Below, piece after piece: positions 18,542-29,171 of a stretch of DNA of 40,000 nucleotides (positions are counted from its first letter, which is position 1; every line of letters starts with the position of its first letter). A program made the translations under genes and the position numbers. This DNA is from Anaerobacillus alkalilacustris (lineage in GTDB: Bacteria > Bacillota > Bacilli > Bacillales > Anaerobacillaceae). Under the pieces are notes generated by a model that searched no databases, had not been told where the DNA came from, and saw only the letters and a list, made by a program, of their open reading frames with translations. The stretch lies in assembly GCF_001866005.1 (NCBI RefSeq), contig NZ_MLQR01000001.1, positions 661,106 to 701,105 of the forward strand, in the 5' to 3' direction.

Positions 18542-19465
18542 TTAATCTTCAAATTGATATAATGGTGTACTTAAATATCTTTCACCGTTACTCGGAATAA
18601 TTGCGACTACTTTTTTACCTTTACCAAGTTTTTTCGCTAATTTTAACGCAGCTGCTATTGCCGCTCCTGAAGAAATTCCACCTAGTACGCCTTCTTCCTT
18701 CGCAGCTCGACGCGCGTGTTCGAAAGCTTCTTCCGTAGTAATTTGAATAACTTCATCATAGATCTCAGTATTTAGGATGTCAGGAACAAACCCTGCTCCA
18801 ATTCCTTGAATTTTATGTGGACCTGGCTTTCCACCTGATAGGACAGGTGAGTCAGTCGGTTCAACCGCTGCAATGTGTAAATTAGGGAATTTCTCTTTTA
18901 ACACTCCACCAGCACCTGTGATTGTTCCCCCTGTACCAATTCCTGAAACAAAACCATCTAATTGGTCACCAACTTGCTCTAATAGTTCTTTACCAGTCGT
19001 TAAACGGTGAACTTCTGGATTTGCTTCATTTTCAAATTGTTGCGGGATGAAATAACCATTTTCTTTAGCTAATTCAGTAGCTTTACGAATAGCACCACCC
19101 ATTCCTTCTGGTCCAGGTGTTAAAACTAATTCAGCTCCATATGCACGAAGTAGGTTACGACGCTCTAAACTCATTGTTTCAGGCATAACTAAAATTGTAC
19201 GGTAACCTTTTGCAGCTGCAACCATAGCTAAACCAATCCCAGTGTTTCCACTAGTTGGTTCGATAATTGTGTCACCTTCTTTTAGTCTACCATCTTTTTC
19301 TGCCGCTTCAACCATTGCTAGCGCAATACGATCTTTTACACTACTTCCTGGATTCATGTACTCTAACTTCAAATAAACATCTGCATGATCTTCTGAAACA
19401 AGGCGATTTAATTTCACTAAAGGTGTTTGACCGATTAATTCTGTAATTGAATTTGCTACTTTCAT
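18542..19465 (-). CDS. cysK: Cysteine synthase A (O-acetylserine sulfhydrylase)
   Basis: SVKDR PLP lysine and [11 protein letters not shown] motifs. Start refined to [17 protein letters not shown] (ATG 19465) with a GAGGAGG RBS 9 nt upstream. Confidence 0.95.
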   Translation of the reverse strand: MKVANSITELIGQTPLVKLNRLVSEDHADVYLKLEYMNPGSSVKDRIALAMVEAAEKDGRLKEGDTIIEPTSGNTGIGLAMVAAAKGYRTILVMPETMSLERRNLLRAYGAELVLTPGPEGMGGAIRKATELAKENGYFIPQQFENEANPEVHRLTTGKELLEQVGDQLDGFVSGIGTGGTITGAGGVLKEKFPNLHIAAVEPTDSPVLSGGKPGPHKIQGIGAGFVPDILNTEIYDEVIQITTEEAFEHARRAAKEEGVLGGISSGAAIAAALKLAKKLGKGKKVVAIIPSNGERYLSTPLYQFED

Positions 19466-19529
19466 AAATAAAATCCTCCTCGACGCTATTATTTTAATAC
19501 CGAGTAAATTCATTGGTTTAATTACTATT

Positions 19530-19558
19530 AATTTATCAGAGGATTCTTAAACTGTCAA
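19530..19558 (-). promoter_or_regulatory. Candidate sigma-A promoter for cysK
   Basis: Minus strand: TTGACA (19558-19553), 17-nt spacer, TAAATT (19535-19530). Confidence 0.4.
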
Positions 19559-19649
19559 TATATTTCTTTGTAAAAAATTACCCATTTGTAGAATTCGTTA
19601 ATGAATCGTACCTTTTTCATTTTCGGCGCACCAAAGTAAAGGCTATCTC

Positions 19650-20528
19650 TTAATTTGAATCTTCTCTTAACTCTTGAAGTTCCGCTTTTGTAAACATATA
19701 TTTCTCGTTACAGAAATGACATTCTGTTTCGGCTTGGCCATCTTTTTCAATTATATCTGTAAGTTCCTCTTTACCTAGACTAATTAACGCACTTGCAATT
19801 CTTTCCTTTGAACAATTACATTTAAAAGTAACATCCATCTTATCAATTATTTTTACATGATCATCACCTAATAGAGCCAACAGTAATTCTTCAGGGGGCA
19901 TGCCAGCCTCTATTAATTTAGATACAGGTGGTAAGGTGCTAAGCCTTTTTTCAATAAAATCAATAGTTTCATCATCAGCTCCAGGCATCAACTGGATAAT
20001 AAACCCACCAGCGGCAAGGATACTCATATCAGGGTTAACTAACACACCTACGCCTACAGATGATGGCGTCTGCTCTGAAGAAGCAAAATAATAAGTAAAA
20101 TCTTCACCTAACTCACCTGAAATAAGTGGCACACTTCCAGTAAAATGATCCCTCATACCTAAGTCTTTCACAACCGCAAGCAAGCCATCTTTCCCTACAG
20201 CACGGGCCACATCTAACTTACCATGCTGATTTAATTCAAAGTCAACCTTAGGGTTCGCTACATAACCTCTCGTTTCACCTTTAGCATTACTATCAACGAT
20301 AATAGGTCCGATTGGGCCACCGCCCTCTATTTTAACAGTTAGCTTCTCTTCACCCTTTAACATTGCTCCCATCAATGTTGTCCCAGTCATTGCTCTACCT
20401 AAAGCTGCTGATGCCGTCGGCCACGTTCCATGGCGTCTAACTGCTTCTCCAACCATATTAGTCGATTTAATAGCATATGCTCTTACTTTGCCTTCAAAAC
20501 CAATCGCTTTTACTAAATAATCACTCAT
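19650..20528 (-). CDS. hslO: Hsp33 redox-regulated chaperone
   Basis: C-terminal zinc centre CNCS...CHFC. Start refined to MSDYLVKA (ATG 20528) with a GAGGTG RBS. Confidence 0.9.
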   Translation of the reverse strand: MSDYLVKAIGFEGKVRAYAIKSTNMVGEAVRRHGTWPTASAALGRAMTGTTLMGAMLKGEEKLTVKIEGGGPIGPIIVDSNAKGETRGYVANPKVDFELNQHGKLDVARAVGKDGLLAVVKDLGMRDHFTGSVPLISGELGEDFTYYFASSEQTPSSVGVGVLVNPDMSILAAGGFIIQLMPGADDETIDFIEKRLSTLPPVSKLIEAGMPPEELLLALLGDDHVKIIDKMDVTFKCNCSKERIASALISLGKEELTDIIEKDGQAETECHFCNEKYMFTKAELQELREDSN

Positions 20529-20606
20529 TTTATTCACCTCATAATAGTACAAAGAGATGGAACAAACTTCATCCTTAACAGGAGTTGAGTTGTCCATCCT
20601 CAAATT

Positions 20607-21374
20607 TTACTCAATATTTTTTTGATAAATTAACTTTAATCCTTTTAGTGTTAGAAACGGATCGACAACGTCTATCATCGCTGATTCATTGGCAATTAAA
20701 GAAGCCAAACCACCTGTTGCTATTACTTGAGGATTGCCTTTTGATTGCTGTTTTATACGATTTACAATTCCCTCAACCTGTCCAACATATCCATATAAAA
20801 TACCAGCTTGCATTGCACTTACTGTATTTTTACCAACAATATCTTTAGGTTTAACTATTTCAATTCGTGGTAATTTAGAAGCTCTTGTGTACAATGCTTC
20901 AGTTGAAATACTTATTCCCGGGGCAATAGCTCCACCCATATATTGCTTTTCTTCGTTAATGTAACAGTATGTAGTTGCAGTACCAAAATCAATAACAATT
21001 AACGGGCTGCCATAAAGTTCAATTGCCGCTACAGCATTTACAATTCGATCAGCTCCAACCTCTTTAGGGTTGTCGTACTTTATATTTAGTCCTGTTTTAA
21101 TTCCTGGTCCAATAACCTTAGGCGTAACCGAAAAGTATTTTTTACACATTTGCTCTAGTGCATACATAATGGGTGGAACTACAGAAGAAATAATAATTCC
21201 GTTAATATCTCTTGTCGTTAACCCTTCGTATGAAAATAATTGTTTTACCATCATTCCATACTCATCTTCTGTTTTATGACGGTCAGTTCCTATACGCCAA
21301 TGATATTTAAGCGTATCCCCATCATATACCCCTAAAACAATATTCGTATTTCCGACATCTAAAACCAATAACAT
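20607..21374 (-). CDS. coaX: Type III pantothenate kinase
   Basis: LVLDVGNTN and DFGTATT motifs. Start refined to ATG 21374; the ORF-track GTG at 21383 lies within the AGGTGG RBS. Confidence 0.9.
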   Translation of the reverse strand: MLLVLDVGNTNIVLGVYDGDTLKYHWRIGTDRHKTEDEYGMMVKQLFSYEGLTTRDINGIIISSVVPPIMYALEQMCKKYFSVTPKVIGPGIKTGLNIKYDNPKEVGADRIVNAVAAIELYGSPLIVIDFGTATTYCYINEEKQYMGGAIAPGISISTEALYTRASKLPRIEIVKPKDIVGKNTVSAMQAGILYGYVGQVEGIVNRIKQQSKGNPQVIATGGLASLIANESAMIDVVDPFLTLKGLKLIYQKNIE

Positions 21375-21463
21375 TTTATCCACCTACTTTTAAGGTTTTT
21401 CTATTTGTACCATATAAGTATAATAGTTTAAAAAGAAAAATGAATAACAAAAATGTGTATTTT

Positions 21464-21612
21464 TAAGAAAAGTACGGGCGCTGCAGCTCTAGACATAAAA
21501 AGTAATTTCCCATCTGTGTCTTCTAGCATAGCTTTGAAGCAGTGGCTTGTGCCATGAGTAATCACTTGCACTTGAAAGCTTTGTAACTTTAAAAATTTTA
21601 TGCTTTCTTATC
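21464..21612 (-). repeat. Structured intergenic repeat, divergent copy F
   Basis: Conserved ends: TAAGAAAAGT...GGGCGCTGCAGCTCTAGACAT (compare copy B, GCGCCACAGCTCTATACAT) and ...AAAATTTTATGCTTTCTTATC (compare 27470-27491). The interior is diverged. Confidence 0.5.
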
Positions 21613-21685
21613 TTTTAAAACCGTTAAAACTTTTTCAAAATTAACTTAGTTTACTTTCGATATAAAGCCTTAGCAAAATGAAAAG

Positions 21686-21720
21686 TAGAAAAAAGGTGTC
21701 CTAGTGTAGACACCTTTTTA
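21686..21720 (-). terminator. ftsH rho-independent terminator
   Basis: AAAAGGTGTC (21691-21700) pairs with GACACCTTTT (21709-21718). T run on the minus strand. Confidence 0.8.
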
Positions 21721-21727
21721 ATTTTTG

Positions 21728-23734
21728 TTATTCTTTTTTGTTGCCTTCTTCATTCTTATCTTCTGAGTTGTCAGTTGTTACCTGTTCTCCTTCACCATTT
21801 GATGGAGGAGCTTCATCTTTTTTAGCGTGAATGTTTACTTTCACATCTTCTGTACTCTCCGTTGAGGAAGTCGCTGTTTCATGATTATTATTTGAATGAT
21901 GCTTCTCTGGTAGCTTTCCATCATTCATCAATGATTTAATTTGCTCTGCATCTAAAGTTTCTACGTCCATTAACGTTTTTGCAATAAGCTCAAGCTTATC
22001 TCTATTTTCAGTTAATATCGTACGACAACGCTCATAGGATTCCTTAATAATTCGTTGCATTTCCTGATCAATTTCATAAGCAATCGCATCACTATAATTT
22101 TGATCATTATTAATATCTCTACCTAGAAAAACATTGCCGCCCTGAGATGTCCCAAATTGCATTGGACCTAACTTGTCACTCATTCCATACTCTGTAACCA
22201 TTTTACGAGCTATACCTGTCGCTCGTTGGAAATCATTATGTGCACCAGTACTTACTTCACCAAAGATAACTTCTTCAGCAACACGACCACCTAAAAGCCC
22301 AACGATCTTATCTAATAATTCTGGTTTAGTCATAAAGTAACGATCTTCTTTCGGAAGCATTACAGCATAACCACCAGCTTGACCACGTGGGACAATGGTT
22401 ACTTTATGTACCATATCAGCACTTTCAAGTTTCACTCCAACAACGGTGTGACCAGCTTCGTGATAAGCTACGATGTTTTTCTCTTTTTCAGAAATAACTC
22501 TGCTCTTCTTGGCTGGACCAGCAATAACACGATCAATCGCTTCTTCAATATCGTTCATATCAACTTTCTTCTTATTACGACGAGCTGCCACTAATGCTGC
22601 TTCATTAAGTAGATTCTCTAAATCTGCTCCAGAAAAACCAGGTGTACGAGTAGCAATCGTTTTAAGATTTACATCTTCAGCAAGTGGCTTATTTCGAGCA
22701 TGAACTTTCAATACTTCTTCTCGACCTTTAACATCAGGTCGTCCAACTAAAATTTGACGGTCAAAACGTCCCGGACGAAGTAATGCAGGATCTAAAATAT
22801 CAGCTCTGTTTGTAGCAGCAATAATAATAATACCTTCATTAACTCCGAAACCATCCATTTCAACTAGCAATTGGTTTAGTGTTTGCTCACGTTCGTCGTG
22901 TCCTCCACCTAAACCAGCTCCACGTTGACGACCAACTGCATCGATCTCATCAATAAAAATGATACAAGGAGCATTCTTCTTTGCATTCTCAAATAAGTCA
23001 CGAACTCGAGATGCACCGACACCTACAAACATCTCAACAAAATCTGAACCACTTATTGAGAAAAATGGAACTCCGGCTTCACCAGCTACCGCTCTAGCAA
23101 GTAACGTCTTACCCGTTCCCGGTGGTCCAACCAATAGAACACCTTTTGGAATTCTTGCTCCGATAGCTGCAAATCTACGAGGATCCTTTAAAAATTCTAC
23201 GACTTCAACGAGCTCTTGCTTCTCTTCATCAGCACCAGCTACATCCTTGAACTTCGCCTTCTTTTTATCGTCATAAAGCTTTGCTTTACTTTTTCCAAAA
23301 TTCATAACACGGCTTCCGCCACCTTGTGCCTGACTAAGTAGGAAAAAGAATAAAATAAAGATAATCACAAATGGAATGATAGATGTAAAAAACGTTACCC
23401 AACCACTTGTTTGTTCGGCCTTTAATACTTCTAACCTTGTATCACCCAGTTTAGCAGTTTCGAGAACTTGTTCAATGGCAATATCAGATATAGGTACGTT
23501 TACAATGAAGAATTCATCCTCAGCCATTGTTCTCAATTGACCACGAATTACGTATACATCTCGTTCTGGCTGCATTGTAATGTTGGCAACCTCACGATTT
23601 TCTAACCTTGTTTGAAAATCACCATAAGTCATTTCCTCTGTCTCTGTTGGTGGTCCATTAAAAAAACTTACGATCCCAACAATGACTAAAAAGATTAATA
23701 AATAAAAGATTGTATTTCGAAAAATTCGATTCAT
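21728..23734 (-). CDS. ftsH: ATP-dependent zinc metalloprotease FtsH
   Basis: Two N-terminal TM segments, GPPGTGKT Walker A, DEIDA Walker B, and the HEAGH zinc site. Long acidic, low-complexity C-terminal tail. Confidence 0.97.
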   Translation of the reverse strand: MNRIFRNTIFYLLIFLVIVGIVSFFNGPPTETEEMTYGDFQTRLENREVANITMQPERDVYVIRGQLRTMAEDEFFIVNVPISDIAIEQVLETAKLGDTRLEVLKAEQTSGWVTFFTSIIPFVIIFILFFFLLSQAQGGGSRVMNFGKSKAKLYDDKKKAKFKDVAGADEEKQELVEVVEFLKDPRRFAAIGARIPKGVLLVGPPGTGKTLLARAVAGEAGVPFFSISGSDFVEMFVGVGASRVRDLFENAKKNAPCIIFIDEIDAVGRQRGAGLGGGHDEREQTLNQLLVEMDGFGVNEGIIIIAATNRADILDPALLRPGRFDRQILVGRPDVKGREEVLKVHARNKPLAEDVNLKTIATRTPGFSGADLENLLNEAALVAARRNKKKVDMNDIEEAIDRVIAGPAKKSRVISEKEKNIVAYHEAGHTVVGVKLESADMVHKVTIVPRGQAGGYAVMLPKEDRYFMTKPELLDKIVGLLGGRVAEEVIFGEVSTGAHNDFQRATGIARKMVTEYGMSDKLGPMQFGTSQGGNVFLGRDINNDQNYSDAIAYEIDQEMQRIIKESYERCRTILTENRDKLELIAKTLMDVETLDAEQIKSLMNDGKLPEKHHSNNNHETATSSTESTEDVKVNIHAKKDEAPPSNGEGEQVTTDNSEDKNEEGNKKE

Positions 23735-23805
23735 CCTTTACCTCCTCCCGCTGACAAATAAAGCTTAGATAATATTACCATAAAAGTATAGTTTTTCACA
23801 ATCAA

Positions 23806-24348
23806 TTACCCTTGATAAACCTCTGGTTTTAATACGCCGATATACGGCAAATTTCGATAACGCTCTGCAAAATCTAATCCATACCCAACAACGAACTCAT
23901 CAGGTACTATAAACCCGGCCAAATCAGGTGTTAAATCTACTTTACGACCTTCTGGTTTATCTAACAATGTTACAACCTTAACAGATTTTGCTTTACGATA
24001 ATGAAACAATTCAACTAAATAGTTTAATGTTAGTCCACTATCGATAATATCTTCAACAATTAGTACGTCTCTTCCTTCTACGGATGTATTTAAATCTTTT
24101 ATGATTTTAACCTCGCCTGATGAAACCATTTCATTTCCATAACTAGAAACGTCCATAAAATCCACCTCTAAGTGGATGTCCATTCTTTTAATAAGGTCGC
24201 TCATAAAAGGCATTGCTCCTTTTAATACACCAACCACTAGAGGAAAACTTTCACTATATTCTTTAGATAAATTAGCACCTAATTCTCTAACTTTCGTTTG
24301 AATTTCCTCTTCAGATATCAATACCTCTTTAATCTCATCTTTCATCAT
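23806..24348 (-). CDS. hprT: Hypoxanthine-guanine phosphoribosyltransferase
   Basis: [17 protein letters not shown]-binding motif. Start refined to [16 protein letters not shown] (24348) by similarity to the B. subtilis HprT N-terminus. Confidence 0.9.
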   Translation of the reverse strand: MMKDEIKEVLISEEEIQTKVRELGANLSKEYSESFPLVVGVLKGAMPFMSDLIKRMDIHLEVDFMDVSSYGNEMVSSGEVKIIKDLNTSVEGRDVLIVEDIIDSGLTLNYLVELFHYRKAKSVKVVTLLDKPEGRKVDLTPDLAGFIVPDEFVVGYGLDFAERYRNLPYIGVLKPEVYQG

Positions 24349-24525
24349 GACTAAAAAATAACCCCCTAAAATAAATGTAAAATAAAAACATTTCACCAAG
24401 TTCCCAATGCTGTAGTAGCCTTAAGTTTTCTTACCAGTATACCTTTTGGCCTTCATAAAGAGTAATAAGGATAACCCCATAGCAATGCTTTTATCATTCA
24501 ACTTAGTATGTAAACTTATATAACT

Positions 24526-25917
24526 TCAATTACCTTCTTTATAATATACCAAAAGAAATTTCTTTGTCTCGCTAGAAATAGTTGCGATAGTGGACCTCTT
24601 TAAACCTGGTACCCAAACAATCTCACCATTACCATCTACCAAAATTGGCCAATCATCTCTTTTTTCTCGTTCAACTTTATTATCAATAAATAGGCTTTTC
24701 AATTTTTTAGTTCCTTTTAGCCCTTTATATGAGAGACGATCACCCTTTTTACGTGTACGTATCGTTAGAGGAAGGGTTAACTTTTCCAAATCACATACTA
24801 TGGCATTTTCATTAAGGTTAACATTAGGGAGAGCTTCAAGCACTTCTCCAATTATATTACCCTTTTTCACTGTAACAATCCCTGGTATCGGGAAATCAAA
24901 TTGATAACTAGTAGTCTGTGTTATTCGGTTGAAAGTAAACGTGCATTCGTCATAAGATTTCTTTATGGTTAACCCTTTTGGAAATTGTATTTGTCCAGAA
25001 GGGTGAGAATTTTTCAAGAAAGATAAAAACTCCTCAATATGTATAGTGGTAATTTCAGGCATGTTTGTTTTATAAAGATAATCTAATATTAGTTGAAAGC
25101 CTCTTCTTTGTAAAGGGACAGCAATATGATTGAAAGTAGTTATAGAAAGTACTAGCTCCTTGTCCCTTGTTCGGATGAATGCTTTACGGATTTCTGTTTC
25201 AGCAAGTTCTTCTAATAATATTTGATCCTCTAACATTAACTCACTTTGCTGTTGAAATCTAAGATGTACCGATGGGTTTTCTTCTTTTAATATAGGTAAT
25301 ACTTTATTTCTTATCCTATTTCTTAAGTATTTTGATGATAGGTTACTTTGATCAAGACGTGAAGCAAGGTTCTGGGTTTCACAATAAGTATTAATTTCAT
25401 CTTTACAAACACATAAAAACGGCCTAATAATTTCACCAGTGGAAAACCGTCTTCTTACAGGTATACCAGCTAAACCGGCTCCATATGCACCTCGTACTTG
25501 CCTCATGAGAATAGTCTCTACTTGATCATCACCGTGGTGTGCTAAAGCAAGCTTATCTGCAGCATGCTTCATCATAACCTCTTGAAAGAAACGGTATCGA
25601 CACTCTCGTGCAGCGACTTGAGTACTAACATTGTGCGTACGTTGATATGATAAAACGTCTATGTTTGCACCCTCAAAAGCAATACCACTTTCAGCACAAA
25701 ATTGCTGAACGAACATATAATCCAACTCCGCCTCTTCTTTACGGAGCATATGGTTTACATGAGCTGCAACTAAGGTAAGGTTATAACTATGCTCCTGTTC
25801 TTTTAAGAAATGAAGGAGAGCAATAGAATCTGGGCCCCCAGAAACTCCAACGATAACGATCTCGCCATTAAGTAGTAGCGAATGTTTCTTTATGAAACGA
25901 TTAACGATTTGCCTCAT
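24526..25917 (-). CDS. tilS: tRNA(Ile)-lysidine synthase
   Basis: PP-loop VGVSGGPDS; 463 aa; conserved position upstream of hprT. Confidence 0.9.
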   Translation of the reverse strand: MRQIVNRFIKKHSLLLNGEIVIVGVSGGPDSIALLHFLKEQEHSYNLTLVAAHVNHMLRKEEAELDYMFVQQFCAESGIAFEGANIDVLSYQRTHNVSTQVAARECRYRFFQEVMMKHAADKLALAHHGDDQVETILMRQVRGAYGAGLAGIPVRRRFSTGEIIRPFLCVCKDEINTYCETQNLASRLDQSNLSSKYLRNRIRNKVLPILKEENPSVHLRFQQQSELMLEDQILLEELAETEIRKAFIRTRDKELVLSITTFNHIAVPLQRRGFQLILDYLYKTNMPEITTIHIEEFLSFLKNSHPSGQIQFPKGLTIKKSYDECTFTFNRITQTTSYQFDFPIPGIVTVKKGNIIGEVLEALPNVNLNENAIVCDLEKLTLPLTIRTRKKGDRLSYKGLKGTKKLKSLFIDNKVEREKRDDWPILVDGNGEIVWVPGLKRSTIATISSETKKFLLVYYKEGN

Positions 25918-26353
25918 AACGGTAACTATTCCCCTTCCCTAATGAAAATACAGATAAGGCAAATACTACGCCTGCTGCTATCGCTCCTGCTTGTAACATC
26001 GTCTCAATCCCTAATTGCAAACCACCTAAATAATCCCCTTCAACAAATGCTAACATTGTATAATACGCTCTACTTCCGGGTACTAATGGTATAATCCCTG
26101 GAATTGTAAACGCGGTAGCCGGAATCCGAAATTTTTTTGCAAGAAAGTGGGCTAGTGTCGCCGCAGTAATAGAAGCAATACTTGTTGCGAATATAGCGGT
26201 AACACCATACTCTGGAAGTGTACGAGAAATACCAAAGGCAAGCATCCCAATAAATCCACCTACTAAAAGTGATTTTCTAGGAACACTAAAAATAATTCCA
26301 AAGGAAACAGTAGCAAAAAAACAAACAATCAATTCTATTATCATTTTATACAC
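25901..26353 (-). CDS. Threonine/serine exporter (ThrE) family, small subunit (YjjB/DUF3815-like)
   Basis: 150 aa with 4-5 TM segments. Paired with the upstream DUF1212-like gene. Its 3' end overlaps the tilS start by 17 nt. Confidence 0.7.
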   Translation of the reverse strand: MYKMIIELIVCFFATVSFGIIFSVPRKSLLVGGFIGMLAFGISRTLPEYGVTAIFATSIASITAATLAHFLAKKFRIPATAFTIPGIIPLVPGSRAYYTMLAFVEGDYLGGLQLGIETMLQAGAIAAGVVFALSVFSLGKGNSYRYEANR

Positions 26354-26360
26354 CTAGCTT

Positions 26361-27116
26361 TTACAGAAATAATGTTATTGCCAAGGCAATACCCGTGGCA
26401 ATAGATAAGGATGTGATGGTTGCTTCAGCTCCGCGACTAACCCCAGCAACAAGATCTCCACTCATTAAATCTCTTACCGCGTTAGTTAATGGAACTCCAG
26501 GGACTAAAGGCATTAACGTACCAATAATTATTTGATTTAAGTTGGTACCAAGTCCAAAGTAAACGAGACCAATCGCCACGGTTCCACCCATAAAAGCAGC
26601 TATAAACTCAGCAAAGAACTTCACCTTTAAATATCTTTCAACCTCGATCAGACATACGCTTGCCGTTATCCCAGCAATAAAAGCAGGAAGGGAGTCTTTG
26701 ATACCACCACCAAATAAATAGGAAAATCCCCCCCCTGCAATTCCAGAAGCTATATGTATAAGCCAAATTGGATATGCAAGCCTTGCACTTGCGATATTTT
26801 TAAGCTCTAAATAGGCTTGTTCAGTAGTTAGGTTACCAGTAACAAATTCACGAGAAACTTGATTGACAAGTGATACCTTGTTTAAATCATAATTCCTGTC
26901 ATCAATACGAATCATCTGCATAATGTCGCCTCGCCCATCTTCTTCAAAAGAGAGAAAAATACCTGTTGTTGTAACAAAGCTATGTACATTTTTTAAATTA
27001 GCAGCATTAGCCATTCGCTCTAATGTTTCTTCTACACGATATGTCTCTGCCCCGTATGTAAGCATTATTTCACCCGCAAGCAAACACACGTCCATCATTT
27101 GATCAGCCTTGCCCAT
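26361..27116 (-). CDS. Threonine/serine exporter (ThrE) family, large subunit (YjjP/DUF1212-like)
   Basis: 251 aa. The N-terminal soluble part (GAETYRVEETLERM) followed by TM segments is typical of ThrE/YjjP. AGGGAGG RBS upstream. Confidence 0.7.
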   Translation of the reverse strand: MGKADQMMDVCLLAGEIMLTYGAETYRVEETLERMANAANLKNVHSFVTTTGIFLSFEEDGRGDIMQMIRIDDRNYDLNKVSLVNQVSREFVTGNLTTEQAYLELKNIASARLAYPIWLIHIASGIAGGGFSYLFGGGIKDSLPAFIAGITASVCLIEVERYLKVKFFAEFIAAFMGGTVAIGLVYFGLGTNLNQIIIGTLMPLVPGVPLTNAVRDLMSGDLVAGVSRGAEATITSLSIATGIALAITLFL

Positions 27117-27179
27117 TCCAATCCTCCCTTATTTAAGAAAATGTAGAATTGTTATGTAATGATTAAACACCCTACGCCA

Positions 27180-27335
27180 CTAAGAAAAGCGCAAGCGCCT
27201 TGGTCACGAGCGAAAGTCACTGGAAGGCCTTTGACAGAAGCCGCTCTTTGGCTTCCGAAAAGGACTGAAGTGACCGAGCTCGTAGGCGCTGAAGCTAGAC
27301 AGTTTCCAAGTTAGAAATTTATTAATTCTGATACT
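27180..27335 (-). repeat. Structured intergenic repeat, short form, copy A1 (first unit of a tandem dimer)
   Basis: 27181-27287 is identical to 27337-27443 (107 nt, period 156). Its tail is ...GCTGAAGCTAGACAGTTTCCAAGTTAGAAATTTATTAATTCTGATACTG. Confidence 0.9.
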
Positions 27336-27491
27336 GTAAGAAAAGCGCAAGCGCCTTGGTCACGAGCGAAAGTCACTGGAAGGCCTTTGACAGAAGCCGC
27401 TCTTTGGCTTCCGAAAAGGACTGAAGTGACCGAGCTCGTAGGCTGCTTGCGCTAGACAGTCTCCGAGTTAGAAATTTTATGCTTTCTTACC
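27336..27491 (-). repeat. Structured intergenic repeat, short form, copy A2 (second unit of the tandem dimer)
   Basis: Same 107-nt core as A1. Its tail is ...TGCTTGCGCTAGACAGTCTCCGAGTTAGAAATTTTATGCTTTCTTACC. Confidence 0.9.
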
Positions 27492-27508
27492 TTGTTAAAA
27501 AAACAATT

Positions 27509-28471
27509 CTACATCATTTGTCCAAATAAGTATAGGATATATGCTAATAGAAGGAAAGAGGCAAATAAAAATGTTTCGATAAGTCCATTTGATTTTTCTC
27601 CCCTTGAGTCTTTGTTTGTAGTTGTTGGTTTTTTAGGTTGTTTCATCGAGGACTTGGTAAAAGATGACTTACTTTTACTAATTGCACTAATAACATCTTT
27701 TTTCATTAGCTGCGCATTGCTGTATTTACCCTGTAATGCGTTTAAAAGAACAAAATCATACTGCTTTAAAGTAGATTGCTTTTCAATTTTTTCCTTCAGC
27801 TGCTTCAAGCCTTCGCCGTTTTTTTCAAAACGCTTAGGGTAACATATATTGATGATGATCATAGCGACACTAAAGAGATCATACGTAATCTCAGCTCTAC
27901 GTGTTCCTAAACCCCAGTAACCACGATCAAAAAACTCCGTATACTCCTTAATTGATCGCCCTAATAATGTTGTGCCACCTACATCAATCCAACGCACTCG
28001 CGCTGGAGGTCCGATAACAATTAAATTATCAGGCTTTAAATCACCAAACACCCAACCTGCTTGATGTAAACGATCTAAATCACCAAGAAGTTGTACAATA
28101 AGAATTCCAACCCACTCGCTTCCTTTCCCTTGCATAAAAGGGATAAGTCCTTGTCCCTTTAAATATTCCATGGCATAAAAAGGAAAGGTCCCTTCTTGAG
28201 TTACCCAGTCATCGACATCGATTAAAGAAGGCCCAAGGATTTGCCCTTGGACCTTGGAAAAATGCTTGAGGACATTTACCTCTGAAGTAATTGCCATACT
28301 GTTTAAACCTATTTTCAAAGCGACCAACCCTTTTGGCGACTCTGCTAAGTAAACAGAACCTGTCGCTCCGTTACCAAGCTCTTTTACTATTTTGTAAGGC
28401 TGCTTGTGCCATTTCCCTAAAATTTTTGTATTAGGAGATAAATTACATACCTGACTCTTCTTGATACTCAT
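27509..28471 (-). CDS. yabT: Membrane-anchored Hanks-type Ser/Thr protein kinase, YabT-like
   Basis: GNGATGSVY glycine loop, ALKIG lysine, FGDLKPDN catalytic loop, and a C-terminal TM segment. Follows yabS as in B. subtilis. Confidence 0.85.
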   Translation of the reverse strand: MSIKKSQVCNLSPNTKILGKWHKQPYKIVKELGNGATGSVYLAESPKGLVALKIGLNSMAITSEVNVLKHFSKVQGQILGPSLIDVDDWVTQEGTFPFYAMEYLKGQGLIPFMQGKGSEWVGILIVQLLGDLDRLHQAGWVFGDLKPDNLIVIGPPARVRWIDVGGTTLLGRSIKEYTEFFDRGYWGLGTRRAEITYDLFSVAMIIINICYPKRFEKNGEGLKQLKEKIEKQSTLKQYDFVLLNALQGKYSNAQLMKKDVISAISKSKSSFTKSSMKQPKKPTTTNKDSRGEKSNGLIETFLFASFLLLAYILYLFGQMM

Positions 28472-29171
28472 CAGAAATCAGACTCCTTCTACTTTTTCTT
28501 GGAAACATGGAGATAGCTTCTTGTAATGCCGGACCTGTAGGTGTAATACCACCTAGAGATAGCTTATGGAATACACCAGTTAGAGATTCAATTTTCGGTG
28601 TCCAACCGACTAATTTGTCAACAGCTTTTCGTTTCCCCGGAAATGAATACAATGAAAAACGATTTGTACCTACTCTCGAATTGAGACTAATCGATAGATC
28701 AGTTAGAGCTTCTTGAACCATTACTAGTTTATTTTTCATACTAGCACTAGTGTCAACTAATATTAACAGCTCTAAGTCCATTGTTTCACCTAGTTCATCA
28801 ACGACTTCCATAACCTGTCCTCTTTTTTCCGGTGGCAGATCTTCTATTTCTTGGTTTTGCCCTAGTATTTGGGTAAGCTCTCTATTAACAACCCCGTGAA
28901 TAGTTTGTGTCATAGCTTTTCTTGTCACCATTTGAACAGTCTTTGCTAACTGCTTTGCATAAACAATTTGACTAATTCCACCACCACTCATAGCTATTGA
29001 TTTAATTTCTTCTATACCTTGTTCACTGATTTGGTCATCTTCAACTACACCAATAACATTAACAGTTATTCCTTCCTCTTTAGCCAAGGCCGCAATAGCA
29101 ATTGGATCTTCCCCTTGATTTGAGCACCCATCGGTTAATAATAGTATTTGCTTTAACGTTCCTTTTCCCAT
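28443..29171 (-). CDS. yabS: von Willebrand factor A domain protein, YabS-like
   Basis: LLLTDGCSNQG and LILVDTSASM (DxSxS MIDAS) motifs. Start refined to MGKGTLKQ (29171) with a GGAGGGG RBS 9 nt upstream. Overlaps the yabT start by 29 nt. Confidence 0.8.
   Translation of the reverse strand: MGKGTLKQILLLTDGCSNQGEDPIAIAALAKEEGITVNVIGVVEDDQISEQGIEEIKSIAMSGGGISQIVYAKQLAKTVQMVTRKAMTQTIHGVVNRELTQILGQNQEIEDLPPEKRGQVMEVVDELGETMDLELLILVDTSASMKNKLVMVQEALTDLSISLNSRVGTNRFSLYSFPGKRKAVDKLVGWTPKIESLTGVFHKLSLGGITPTGPALQEAISMFPRKSRRSLISDEYQEESGM

Noticed and set aside
19466-19513. Long N-terminal extensions given by the ORF track for cysK. The same issue applies to hslO (20529-20603), hprT (24349-24399), yabS (29172-29210), yabR (32801-32827), lysS (12057-12065) and coaX (21375-21383).
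   Set aside because: The internal starts have canonical RBS spacing and match the conserved N-termini of these families. The extensions are hydrophobic or nonsense sequence, or overlap the RBS itself.
21728-21900. The acidic, low-complexity C-terminal tail of FtsH as a possible separate feature.
   Set aside because: It is in frame and contiguous with ftsH. Variable hydrophilic tails are common in Firmicutes FtsH proteins.
20585-23276. Antisense ORFs within coaX (20585, 20734, 21070) and ftsH (22379, 22473, 22959). The antisense ORFs elsewhere at 2524, 3044, 7674, 19900, 24590, 25882, 28507, 29523, 30355, 34096, 34202, 35075, 36796, 37723 and 38574 are of the same kind.
   Set aside because: They are shadow ORFs inside or at the edges of conserved genes. 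None has a convincing RBS or a recognisable domain.
27180-27491. Possible CRISPR array or minisatellite, because of the 156-bp tandem repeat.
   Set aside because: There are only two units with no unique spacers between them. The unit is far longer than a CRISPR repeat, belongs to the dispersed repeat family, and no cas genes are nearby.
27492-27842. Plus-strand ORF of 116 aa.
   Set aside because: It is antisense to the well-supported yabT kinase gene, has a Phe/Cys/Leu-rich nonsense composition and has no RBS.
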